DNA of 64,000 nucleotides from Hadesarchaea archaeon. Its GTDB lineage: Archaea > Hadarchaeota > Hadarchaeia > Hadarchaeales > Hadarchaeaceae. Every line of letters begins with the position of its first letter. The stretch's first letter is position 1. Position numbers and translations under genes: made by a program. Below, piece after piece: positions 49,646-58,961 of this stretch. The DNA lies in contig JAPDJH010000001.1 in NCBI GenBank assembly GCA_029259175.1, forward strand, positions 160,001 to 224,000, read 5' to 3'. The notes under the pieces were generated by a model. It made no database searches. It was not told the DNA's origin and saw nothing but the letters and a program-made list of their open reading frames with translations.

Positions 49646-50544
49646 CCAAGGTTGCGCAAATCTCTGTGCTTACAAAAATAGCTGGAAATGTGAACGCCGA
49701 TGAGGTAATTGGACAAAGGATAACGCTCAAGAAGTTTTACACTTCAGAAGGAGGAATAAGACCATTTGTTTCCGCAAGAGCGATTAAGTTTGCAATAAGA
49801 CAATGTCTCAAAGAAGAGTATAACTTTAACATCGATCCTTTCCAGTCTGTTAAAGGTCGTCTTCTCGATAAAGGAGATCCAAGGCAATATGTAGATGACG
49901 ATCTTTTTGGATTTATGGTTGCAGAAACCCGCGAAGAGCTTGCCAGAAGAAGACAGGCCCCAGTTGCTCTCTCATATCTGAGAGCACTACGCGACACAGC
50001 CATTAAAGCGGAATTTGCGTTGAGAGCACCAAGACCGGGCGGTGCTGAGGGTAATCCGCTTCCATTCGAAGTTGAAGTAGCTGAATGGATAGGAAGAGTT
50101 GACTGCTTAATTTATGATTATATTGGAAAATGGCAAGGAACAGAGAAAGAAGGTGTGAAAGCTGGTGAGAAATTTATCAGTGACGCAGAGAGAAAAAACA
50201 GATTGAAAGCTTTTCTCGAAATATTTATGACTCCAAAATTTGTCTTAGCTAGAAGAACAAACTCTTTAGTAATTCCAGAACACCTCGTAGCTTTGGTGAC
50301 TCTCTCAGAAAAGGGCCCCTGGCCGATATACCAGTATCTCGATTACGAAATGGAAGCTGGTAAATTGAAGGTAAATGTAGACATGTTGTCCAAGCTACAA
50401 AGCAGAAAATTCGCCATTCGCGAAATAAAGCTCGTTGATTATGTTGGAGTAGTTCCGAGAGAATGTCCAATAAAGTCGATTCCTGCCGAACAACTTCCTA
50501 ATGTTGTAAAAGAAATTTCGGACTTCATAGTTAAGAGTGAGTAA
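49642..50544 (+). CDS. cas7: Cas7, DevR/Cst2-like
   Basis: NVNADE..KK..PFVSARAIKFAIR, DDDLFGFM, RRQAPV. Confidence 0.92.
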   Translation: MTKVAQISVLTKIAGNVNADEVIGQRITLKKFYTSEGGIRPFVSARAIKFAIRQCLKEEYNFNIDPFQSVKGRLLDKGDPRQYVDDDLFGFMVAETREELARRRQAPVALSYLRALRDTAIKAEFALRAPRPGGAEGNPLPFEVEVAEWIGRVDCLIYDYIGKWQGTEKEGVKAGEKFISDAERKNRLKAFLEIFMTPKFVLARRTNSLVIPEHLVALVTLSEKGPWPIYQYLDYEMEAGKLKVNVDMLSKLQSRKFAIREIKLVDYVGVVPRECPIKSIPAEQLPNVVKEISDFIVKSE

Positions 50545-50546
50545 AA

Positions 50547-51224
50547 ATGTATGCTCTGCTTGCCGAGGTCTCTTTCTGCGAAGCTCATTTTAGGGAACAT
50601 TTCACAGAAGTTAATCCCTTAACATACCCAGCGATGTTACCAACAACTGTCGCTGGATTGTTTGGCGCGATGCTAGGTTGGGATAGAAAAGAGGCTGAAA
50701 AAAAAGCGAAAGATTTTCTATTCGGATCTAAACTAATTGAACTAAAGGGGATTACTCACGAATTGGCTAGAATAACCCAATACAAAGCGGGAAAACCGAA
50801 AATTCCGTCCCCCCTTGTTAAAGTAGAACTCTTGGTAGAACCCAAATTCTTGATAGCTATGGCTGGGAAAAAAGAAAGGATTTTGGAATGTGCCCAGCAA
50901 CTAAAAAATGGGATGAGATACCTCCCATATGGAGGGAGAAACGAACACTTCCTTAGAGATATTGCGACTAATGACGTGTTGCAAGAGGTTACGCGAGGAA
51001 AAATCATAGAAAATTATGCTCCTATTGATTGGGTAGAAGAAGTGAAAGTTAAAGAAAGTAGGGGATGGGTTCGAACCCACAGAGTATTTCACAAAATCAA
51101 TAGAGCCTCTGAATGGTTTGTATTTGGCTACTTATGTACTATACACCTGAAGAACACGGTGCCACAGGTTGAAAGAATCGGTCTTTACTCACTAAATAAT
51201 TTTTACTGGCATATGAAAGTATGA
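50547..51224 (+). CDS. cas5: Cas5
   Basis: AHFR..LTYP..PTTVAGLFGAMLG, YLPYGG. Confidence 0.9.
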   Translation: MYALLAEVSFCEAHFREHFTEVNPLTYPAMLPTTVAGLFGAMLGWDRKEAEKKAKDFLFGSKLIELKGITHELARITQYKAGKPKIPSPLVKVELLVEPKFLIAMAGKKERILECAQQLKNGMRYLPYGGRNEHFLRDIATNDVLQEVTRGKIIENYAPIDWVEEVKVKESRGWVRTHRVFHKINRASEWFVFGYLCTIHLKNTVPQVERIGLYSLNNFYWHMKV

Positions 51225-53356
51225 TGCCCGAAGAATACGATGCTGCCATTATTGGACTAAAGAAGATATTTGAAAGAGAAAGAAAGCCCCTTTCCGAATG
51301 TCGTACGCATGACAGGCACTCAGTTTATGAACACAGCAAAGAAACCGAAGAAATTTTCAAAGAACTTGTTAGAAGATTTGATCTCCACCGCAAATATCTC
51401 GTGCTTTTGGGCACATTCATAAGTCTTTTTCATGACATCGGGAAACCTAAGGGAAAATATCACGCGAAAAAAGCCGTAGAAAAATTACTGGAGCAGAAAG
51501 AACACTTCTGCATGCTGGATCTTTACACTTTTTATCTTGGAACATATTTGATTCGATGCCATCACGGAAGTCTCAGAAAACCTCATGAGCTTCAGCTTCC
51601 AAGTCCCCTCGATAGACTCAATATGCAAAATCTGTTAGAAAAAATTAAAGAAAAACACGGTGTTGACCATCTCGAAATTGCCGATGTGTTTGGAGTTTTT
51701 AAGTTAGCCGATGCACTTTCTGCTTCCGGAGAAAAATATGATAGATTCATTCGAAGTTTGAAATTGGATCCTCATATTATCCAAAAAATAATAGTTGCAA
51801 AGGATGGCACAAGTTTGGACTCCGAAAGATGGAAACAACAGTTGAATCTATCACGCCTTCCATCCCTCGCTATGCTAAGAGCACCGACAGGTTGGGGTAA
51901 AACTACGGCTTCCCTTCTTTTTTTCAGCAACGCAAACATAAAACGTCTATTTATTCTCCTTCCTACAACCACAGCGATACGAAAGTTCCACGATCGGCTG
52001 GAGAAAGTTTTTGGGAAAGGGAATGTGGGAAGATATTATCACCTATATCTCGCAGAAGTAGGTGAAGAAGAAGATTCGCTTAAGTCTTATTATTTCGTGA
52101 AGAGATTTCTTTCTCCCATTATGATAACGACAATAGATCAATGGCTTCTCACCTTCTTGCAAGTGGGCTCATATCATGTAAAACGTCCAGCTTTCCGATG
52201 TGCAGGAATGGTTTTTGATGAAATCCACGTTCTTTCTCCAATTGGGTTGATGCTTGTTTCGGCATTGCTTAAAAAATTTGCCGATAGATACAAGATGCGT
52301 TGCCTATTTATGTCAGCTACTTTTCCTAAGGCATACCGCGATTTTTTGTCCGAAACTATTTCTCCATATTTTGAAGATCATTTGGGCGAGTACTCGAAGC
52401 TGAGACGAGTCCTTTATGAGTTAACAAACGAATCTCCTGAGGCTCTGCTGGATCTAGTCAAAGAGCAGATGTCCAAGGAAAAAAAAGTACTAGTCGTTGT
52501 GAACACTGTACCAAGAGCTATCCAAATAGCCAAAAAACTGGAGAAGGAGTTAGATAGCAATGATGTAATACTGTTGCACGCAAGATACACGTATGACGAT
52601 CGATTACATTGGGAAAGACAGATAAATGGGAGACTCAAAAATAATCGACCGCATGTGCTCGTTTCCACCCAAGTTTGCCAAGTCTCGCTGGATGTTTCTT
52701 ACGATTTTTTAATCACGGAAATAGCTCCTTTCGGCGATATAATACAAAGATTCGGCCGTATCAACAGGAGAAGTAAAAAAACTTACGCTAAAAATGCATG
52801 TATCACATTAAACACTATGCGAGAACCTTTTCCATACACAAAATCGGAGCTAGAGACTTCTCGTAGCATACTGGAAAAATTTGAAGACGACAAGTTAACC
52901 AACGAAAAGGAATTAATAAATGAGCTCGATCAGATGTTCGATAAAGATCAATTTTATGGTATAGGGAGGGATATCCTCAACGGCGAAGACCCAGAGAGCT
53001 GGTTCAAAGATTTGGAAGATTTTTTAAAAACTCAAGAGTTTTTTTCATTGGGCTTACAAAGCCCAGTTGAGAAGATTTTCAGGTTGTTAGGCTCCAGAGA
53101 GGAGTTTACTTTTTTATCTTTGCCAAGTCCGGAAATCTGCGCAGACACAAACGTTCAAGCAGAAATCACAAAGATACTTGAGAAAATATCTGAAAAAAAG
53201 GAAAAATTTGAAGAAAGGGCGGAATGTCTCTCTCGCCTGATGAAGTTTTTAGTTCCGGTTCCAAACACGTACTTAGATTATAAAAAGTCAGTTATGGGTT
53301 TTCCGCAAATAGCAAAAGGAAAATATACTTCAAGATATGGACTTGAATTGCGGTGA
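51221..53356 (+). CDS. cas3: Cas3, N-terminal HD nuclease fused to helicase
   Basis: EHS, FHDIGK, HHG, LADALSA; APTGWGKT, DEIH, SAT, QRFGRINR. Confidence 0.95.
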   Translation: MMPEEYDAAIIGLKKIFERERKPLSECRTHDRHSVYEHSKETEEIFKELVRRFDLHRKYLVLLGTFISLFHDIGKPKGKYHAKKAVEKLLEQKEHFCMLDLYTFYLGTYLIRCHHGSLRKPHELQLPSPLDRLNMQNLLEKIKEKHGVDHLEIADVFGVFKLADALSASGEKYDRFIRSLKLDPHIIQKIIVAKDGTSLDSERWKQQLNLSRLPSLAMLRAPTGWGKTTASLLFFSNANIKRLFILLPTTTAIRKFHDRLEKVFGKGNVGRYYHLYLAEVGEEEDSLKSYYFVKRFLSPIMITTIDQWLLTFLQVGSYHVKRPAFRCAGMVFDEIHVLSPIGLMLVSALLKKFADRYKMRCLFMSATFPKAYRDFLSETISPYFEDHLGEYSKLRRVLYELTNESPEALLDLVKEQMSKEKKVLVVVNTVPRAIQIAKKLEKELDSNDVILLHARYTYDDRLHWERQINGRLKNNRPHVLVSTQVCQVSLDVSYDFLITEIAPFGDIIQRFGRINRRSKKTYAKNACITLNTMREPFPYTKSELETSRSILEKFEDDKLTNEKELINELDQMFDKDQFYGIGRDILNGEDPESWFKDLEDFLKTQEFFSLGLQSPVEKIFRLLGSREEFTFLSLPSPEICADTNVQAEITKILEKISEKKEKFEERAECLSRLMKFLVPVPNTYLDYKKSVMGFPQIAKGKYTSRYGLELR

Positions 53357-54311
53357 GAGAATTCCATTAGATCTTTCGAAACTGTTACAAAACCCAGATG
53401 ACAGACGCATGGTTCGATCAATTCTCCTTAAGTTAACATCACAGTTTGTCCAGCCGGGGAAAGCTAGGGAACTTAGAACAATTGTTCAGCAAAGTACTCA
53501 AAACTTAAAAGTAGCGATTGAAAATTTTTCCCAATATTTCGAGGAGAGGGGCTACTCAGCTTCGATTGTCCCCACCATGCTTTCTTCTTCTGAAGCAAGC
53601 AACTTCCGCATATTTCGCCCTAAGCTTTCAGCAAATGAAGTTGTGCAGTTATGGTTATCGACCCTTTCAGGTATTCAGCACGGAAATTTTGTCATCAGTT
53701 TAGAGAACGTTGATGAAAGCACTTATCTACACTTTCGCAACAGACTGCGTCAAAGTGGGGTAATATTAGACCCAAAAAGCTCGGGAGGTTCATATAGACT
53801 GAACGAAAGAGAACTTCGACGTTCTTACGGCGGATCACTTCCATTACAAGAAGCATCCATCCTAGGTTTTGCATTTCTCAATTACCTCGCTTACTTTGAG
53901 AAAAAGGGAAGAGGAAAACTTGAAGATATCTTTGACGCTTGGAAACTCAACGATACATCAATGTTAATAATTTCGTACTTGCCACCAAGGGGCGAAAAAG
54001 GCGAGATTAGGATATACTCAAAACTACACATCTTCTTCACAAAATGGTACACTAAGTATTTTGAAAAGGAAGACGAAATCCCGTACTTGGGTTCATTTAT
54101 TTCCTCACTCTACATCCCGGATCCAAACTATCGAAACATTTCAAGGTCACTTCTTGATAAATTTGTTCACTATCTGCTTCATGGAAACATAAACGGAGAA
54201 CTTCTAGACAAGATTGTGACATTAAAGATCACGGCATCTTTAAGCAAAAAGCTCAATAGTATGGTAAACTCGTTCTCACAAGCAAAGAAATTTTTCAGCA
54301 ACTGTCCTTAA
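53337..54311 (+). CDS. Probable divergent Cascade large subunit (Cas8-like)
   Basis: Only remaining large ORF of the operon; overlaps cas3; same AT-rich composition; assigned by position only. Confidence 0.55.
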   Translation: MDLNCGERIPLDLSKLLQNPDDRRMVRSILLKLTSQFVQPGKARELRTIVQQSTQNLKVAIENFSQYFEERGYSASIVPTMLSSSEASNFRIFRPKLSANEVVQLWLSTLSGIQHGNFVISLENVDESTYLHFRNRLRQSGVILDPKSSGGSYRLNERELRRSYGGSLPLQEASILGFAFLNYLAYFEKKGRGKLEDIFDAWKLNDTSMLIISYLPPRGEKGEIRIYSKLHIFFTKWYTKYFEKEDEIPYLGSFISSLYIPDPNYRNISRSLLDKFVHYLLHGNINGELLDKIVTLKITASLSKKLNSMVNSFSQAKKFFSNCP

Positions 54312-54331
54312 AGTAACAGATTGAAAATTTC

Positions 54332-55690
54332 CTTTCAATCCTCACTTTTCGAGGCTTGCTATTGAAACCCCTTCAAAATTATTGAAAAGTTGTATTACAA
54401 ACGGTTCTTTCAATCCTCACTTTTCGAGGCTTGCTATTGAAACAAAAGAGGGAGGAGTGGTTTGGGGGATGAGAATGGGCTTTCAATCCTCACTTTTCGA
54501 GGCTTGCTATTGAAACATCGACCTGAAAATTGTCGTTCCAAAACAGAACTTTCAATCCTCACTTTTCGAGGCTTGCTATTGAAACCCATAAAGCGCAAGG
54601 GGGCCCTCACCCGCCAGCTGCACCTTTCAATCCTCACTTTTCGAGGCTTGCTATTGAAACGGTACTTGGGCACGGTTCCGGCGCGCGCGGCCAAGCGGGC
54701 TTTCAATCCTCACTTTTCGAGGCTTGCTATTGAAACCTGTGGAACGCCGACTACTGCCAGCTCGCCCAAGTGGCTTTCAATCCTCACTTTTCGAGGCTTG
54801 CTATTGAAACCGTAAAAACCAAACACCCCGATGTTCCGATAACGGTCTTTCAATCCTCACTTTTCGAGGCTTGCTATTGAAACAGGACGGGCAAAGAGGT
54901 TTACGGTATTCGGGTGGTCTTTCAATCCTCACTTTTCGAGGCTTGCTATTGAAACGCCAGTTGAACTTCCCTTCATAGCAACCCGTCCTCGCCTTTCAAT
55001 CCTCACTTTTCGAGGCTTGCTATTGAAACACAACGGCCCCGAGGAAATAGCCGTACATAAGGGGGACTTTCAATCCTCACTTTTCGAGGCTTGCTATTGA
55101 AACAGTGGATAGAGCCCGAGCCGAGCACGAGCGTAGGGAGCTTTCAATCCTCACTTTTCGAGGCTTGCTATTGAAACAACTTCTCTGCAGGATCGGGGGC
55201 GGGACCGGGGATCTTTCAATCCTCACTTTTCGAGGCTTGCTATTGAAACCTGGGATACGGCCCATTCAACAAAGGCGATGTGATCTTTCAATCCTCACTT
55301 TTCGAGGCTTGCTATTGAAACGAGCGCGAGGCCCGAGCCGAAATCCGCCGCAGGGCCGCTTTCAATCCTCACTTTTCGAGGCTTGCTATTGAAACGCGGT
55401 TGGACTTCCCCGCCCCCTGAACCCCCCACAGGCCTTTCAATCCTCACTTTTCGAGGCTTGCTATTGAAACGCGCGGCGGACCGACGCTGGGGCGGACACC
55501 GAGTACCCTTTCAATCCTCACTTTTCGAGGCTTGCTATTGAAACAGCTGTGTGCCCTGACCCTAAAAAACATGGATCTCTTTCAATCCTCACTTTTCGAG
55601 GCTTGCTATTGAAACATGAGGCGGGTGAGCTTGGCCATGCGCGGCAAGGTTTTCTTTCAATCCTCACTTTTCGAGGCTTGCTATTGAAAC
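54332..55690 (-). CRISPR. CRISPR array: 19 identical 37-bp repeats and 18 spacers (32-39 bp); minus-strand repeat GTTTCAATAGCAAGCCTCGAAAAGTGAGGATTGAAAG
   Basis: Repeats counted directly. Orientation inferred from the 3' ATTGAAAG handle, a 5-bp stem CCUCG/UGAGG that forms (with G.U) only on the minus strand, and the leader position. Confidence 0.98.
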
Positions 55691-55784
55691 CCCGGCGCGC
55701 GTCCAGCAAAATCTCGGCCACTCTGGAGAAAAACCTTTCGCCCCCGTGAACTTCGATTTTTGCTCCACTGATTTATAAAGAAGT
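55691..55784 (-). promoter_or_regulatory. CRISPR leader with TATA-like TTTATAAA
   Basis: Non-repeat segment between the cas4 stop and the first repeat; TTTATAAA at about 55772-55779. Confidence 0.7.
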
Positions 55785-56363
55785 TCACAGCCTCCGGCAG
55801 TACTTCACCACCTCGCAGTACCCGCACCGCTCCACGCTCACCGGCCTAGGCGGCGAATCGCTCTCCACCACCCGCCGCATCCGCTCCAGATCCCGAACCA
55901 GCTGCCGCTTGTCTTCCGGGCTCACCCAGACCGAAAGCAGGCACCTTGCCGGGAGCACGTAAATCACAGCCCTCCTGATCGCCGCCCCGAACTTGCGTTC
56001 CAGCAACAGCACGTATGCTGTCATCTGCTTGCGCCAAGCCCTCGAAACATAGGTGAAATCCGAGTACTTCACCTCCACCGGCACCAGTTCGCCGTTCTTG
56101 AGCCTCAAAACCAGATCCGCCTTACCGAACAGGCCGAGTTCCTTGTCCTCGAGCGGCACATCGTGCAAAATCGCGGCAACCTCTTCCTCGGGAAAGCCAA
56201 ACACGGTGCGTCTGCGCTTGCTCCGGCCAGGTTCGCGCTCGTGTTGTCTCTGCCCTAGCTCCATCTTTTTCCGCTCAGGAGGATAAAGGCCTAGTTTTCG
56301 AATGAAGTAGAGCTTGCGTGGGCAGTAGAAGTACTGATACACCTCCCAGACCGAGAACTCCAT
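55785..56363 (-). CDS. cas4: Cas4
   Basis: YCPRK, GKADL, PVEVK, QMTAY, CGYCEVVKYC. Confidence 0.95.
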   Translation of the reverse strand: MEFSVWEVYQYFYCPRKLYFIRKLGLYPPERKKMELGQRQHEREPGRSKRRRTVFGFPEEEVAAILHDVPLEDKELGLFGKADLVLRLKNGELVPVEVKYSDFTYVSRAWRKQMTAYVLLLERKFGAAIRRAVIYVLPARCLLSVWVSPEDKRQLVRDLERMRRVVESDSPPRPVSVERCGYCEVVKYCRRL

Positions 56364-56381
56364 CAAAATTACTCACAACGA

Positions 56382-56416
56382 TTTTCAATTAATAGGGCGC
56401 CCCAACGGGTTGAAAA
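56382..56416 (-). repeat. Repeat-like element upstream of cas4 (only the termini are conserved)
   Basis: Minus strand TTTTCAACCCGTTGGGGCGCCCTATTAATTGAAAA: TTTCAA..ATTGAAA ends at repeat-like spacing. Confidence 0.35.
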
Positions 56417-56617
56417 AACTCTAACTACTATTCCGTGTTAGCTAATGGTGGTTAGCTAACCATGATTGTAAAAAGAAAGGAAATGAGAGAACTCCCCAAA
56501 GCGAGAGACTAGCTTTTACGAACCTTCGTAGCAAAAACGGCAACCCAAAAGCTACGTCATGCACGCTCGCTCGCATGGCAACTGCGAACCTTCATAACCA
56601 CGCGCCCGAAAACCCCT

Positions 56618-56755
56618 TCAGAAATCTTCCTCCCGCATCTGATCCAACAACCGCTTTAACTCCTCCGGGCGCACACTTTTCGGTTTAGTCTCCACCACTA
56701 CGCGCTTCTTGTCACTTTCCCGCCTCGATGCTCGCATATGAATTATATCCAGCAT
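56618..56755 (-). CDS. Possible 39-45-aa microprotein downstream of cas1
   Basis: MRASRRESDKKRVVVETKPKSVRPEELKRLLDQMREEDF*. Confidence 0.4.
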   Translation of the reverse strand: MLDIIHMRASRRESDKKRVVVETKPKSVRPEELKRLLDQMREEDF

Positions 56756-56774
56756 GAAAGATTTTAGATTTTTT

Positions 56775-57794
56775 TCACCACCGTTGCCAGAAGCCCTCGT
56801 ACCGGGCCTCCTCGCCGCGCAAGAACTTGGCAAGCCTGCGAGCCTGATACAGAATCGCGTCACTCCACCTGAACTTACGGTCGCCGACCCGAACCTCGGA
56901 CTCGAAGCGCTCCAAGAGCTCCTGCAGATAGAACCGCCTGACCTCGTCTCGCATCTGGCATATTCCCTGCACCATTTCAAATCTGGCATGCGATACCATC
57001 CGCTTGCTCACAAGCTTCACCACCAAGCGGTCGACCAGATGAGGTCTGAACTCCTCCATAAGATCCAAAACCATGCTCGGCTTCCCTGGTCGATCCGCGT
57101 GCAGAAACCCACCGTATGGATCGAGCCCTGCATAGTGTACGCCACGCCAGACCTCACCAAGCAAAACCCCATACCCGTAGTTCAGCATAGCGTTTACTGG
57201 ATCCCGGGCATAGCGTCCGCTCCGGCCTCCGAATCCAAGAGAGCACAAAATCCTCCCGAGAGCATCCCAGTACGCTTGAGCAGCCCGTCCTTCTACGTTC
57301 ATCAGCTCTAACCTCACTTCTTCCACGCTTTTCCCCTTTATCTCAGCTATTTCACCCACCAGCGCCCGGATATGCTGAGCCGCGCCGTAGAGCACCTCGG
57401 CCGTCTTCGTGTCCGTGTCTCTGCGCTTCTTGGCAAGCGTTCCCAAAACAGCCGCTTGATTCTTCAGCTTGGCCTCAATTACCGCCTTTGCAACCGTTGC
57501 TCCACGTTCATCCAAGTACGCGTAGTACTGCTGACGTCTAGTGTTCACCGTGCGCATTTCAGGTGGTGACAGCCTCGCTTGCACGTTCCCTCTCAAATCG
57601 ACCAACAACACGTCAACTCCGTGTTCAGCCAGCAAAGCGAGCGCGTCCGTGCTCACACTCCCCTTCCCCGATATGACCACCTGCTCCAGCTCCCGCGGTT
57701 GTAGGCGGGCCACAGTTCTGCCCTCCTCTCTAACGATAATCGTCTCGCCCTTCCGCCCGAGAAACTTCCCGAAGCCATCGACGACCAGCCTCAC
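56775..57794 (-). CDS. cas1: Cas1
   Basis: LMNVEGRAAQAYW, NAMLNYGY, GFLHADR, DLMEEFR; GTG start after GGAGGT overlapping the csa1 stop. Confidence 0.97.
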   Translation of the reverse strand: MRLVVDGFGKFLGRKGETIIVREEGRTVARLQPRELEQVVISGKGSVSTDALALLAEHGVDVLLVDLRGNVQARLSPPEMRTVNTRRQQYYAYLDERGATVAKAVIEAKLKNQAAVLGTLAKKRRDTDTKTAEVLYGAAQHIRALVGEIAEIKGKSVEEVRLELMNVEGRAAQAYWDALGRILCSLGFGGRSGRYARDPVNAMLNYGYGVLLGEVWRGVHYAGLDPYGGFLHADRPGKPSMVLDLMEEFRPHLVDRLVVKLVSKRMVSHARFEMVQGICQMRDEVRRFYLQELLERFESEVRVGDRKFRWSDAILYQARRLAKFLRGEEARYEGFWQRW

Positions 57795-58678
57795 TCGCAC
57801 ACCTCCAGAAACATGCAGCTGGGCGGGCATTGTTTGGCCTTCCCCGGATCTCTGCGTTGGGCCACCAGCTCCAGCTTGCGGTCGCGCTCCTCCAGCCACC
57901 AGTTCCGGAGATCGTCGTTGATGAAGAAGATATCGCGCTCCACCACCACCCTGCCGTTGCGGAAGTTGACGAGCACTGAACACCCAACATCCACGGGCAC
58001 TTCGTAAAGGCTCTCGAACACCAGTGCGTAACCCGTGGGGTACAGCCTGTAGAAGTCCCTCCGTGGTCCGCCCACCTTGACATCGAAGACGATGTGACGC
58101 AGATAGTCGTAGCAGTCGACGCTCAGGGTTCCGCTCAGCCCCAGCAAGGTCCCGCTGAGCTTGTGCTCGACCAAAAAGGGCAGGGCGGTCGCGAGCACGT
58201 CCTGTTCGCTCGCATAGGGATGGGCGGCTCGGATCTCTTGGTAGGCGGCTCGCGCCTGGCTGAAGGAGAACTCCCACAAGGGCTCCAGACATTCCCGGAA
58301 GGCCTCGGCCCCCTCCAACTCCGGTTTTCGGCGCTCCAGCTCATGGGCCCACCACTCCTCAAAACTTATCCCGAAGTTTCCGCGCCTCACTTCGGAGAAG
58401 AGGTGCTCGAGCAGGTTGTGGGCGCTCGCACCCAGCAGGATCTCGCGCGTGCGCTTAGCGGCCCTGCGCTCCACATACATCAGGTACACGTCACGCGCCG
58501 TCTCGCAAAAGCGGCCGCAGACCGCAAACATCGAGATCCGCTCCGGATAGTACGGCCTCAGCGGCTCACGCCACCAGTTCCACCCGCGGAGCTCCGGGCT
58601 CACGCCCACCTCGCGAGCCAGCGGCTGCACGCGGTTGATCAGGTACTTGTGCTCTTGGGCCGTCAGGAAAAAGACCAT
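57791..58678 (-). CDS. csa1: Csa1, the Cas4-like protein typical of type I-A adaptation modules
   Basis: VSPELRGWNW, FCETARDVYL, GYALVFES, C-terminal CPPSC..C. Confidence 0.92.
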   Translation of the reverse strand: MVFFLTAQEHKYLINRVQPLAREVGVSPELRGWNWWREPLRPYYPERISMFAVCGRFCETARDVYLMYVERRAAKRTREILLGASAHNLLEHLFSEVRRGNFGISFEEWWAHELERRKPELEGAEAFRECLEPLWEFSFSQARAAYQEIRAAHPYASEQDVLATALPFLVEHKLSGTLLGLSGTLSVDCYDYLRHIVFDVKVGGPRRDFYRLYPTGYALVFESLYEVPVDVGCSVLVNFRNGRVVVERDIFFINDDLRNWWLEERDRKLELVAQRRDPGKAKQCPPSCMFLEVCE

Positions 58679-58789
58679 CTGTTCCCCCAATTAAAGTGAA
58701 CCGCTGGAGTTTTATCCAGTACTCCCAGAGAAATTGAATAGCACCTTCCCACTAATCGGGTCGCCAAACTGCGGATGGAAAATCACAAA

Positions 58790-58825
58790 CTTTAATCCTC
58801 GCTTTTCGAAGGGCACTATTGAAAC
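58790..58825 (-). repeat. Solitary degenerate CRISPR repeat 1
   Basis: Plus strand CTTT-AATCCTCGCTTTTCGAAGGGCACTATTGAAAC; 30/37 identical to the array repeat by manual alignment. Confidence 0.9.
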
Positions 58826-58930
58826 CTGAAACTTGGTCGGCGGGATAAACCGGTACTTTGCTGAGCGGAAGTGGATCTGATGCAGCCATGTGTATTCCCA
58901 AGGCTGGACCCCTCTGAAATGATTAAACCC

Positions 58931-58951
58931 TTATATGCATATGTATGCATA
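58931..58951 (+). promoter_or_regulatory. TA promoter: TTATAT box with ATGCAT-n4-ATGCAT operator
   Basis: TTATATGCATATGTATGCATA immediately upstream of the antitoxin ATG. Confidence 0.6.
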
Positions 58952-58961
58952 GTTAATACCG

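Noticed and set aside
55396-55433. Spacer whose reverse strand (GGGGTTCAGGGGGCG) recalls plasmid-origin hairpins
   Set aside because: The motif is short and low in complexity; it cannot be supported without a protospacer hit.
54369-55653. Self-targeting spacers
   Set aside because: No full-length match to the window was noticed by eye; this is not exhaustive and needs blastn.
54434-55749. ORF-track calls across the CRISPR array (LSILTFRGLLLK / FNSKPRKVRIE repeats)
   Set aside because: These are translation artefacts of the repeats.
57795-58292. Apparent 165-aa N-terminal extension on Cas1 (possible fusion)
   Set aside because: It overlaps csa1 in another frame; the Shine-Dalgarno and GTGA overlap place the start at 57794.
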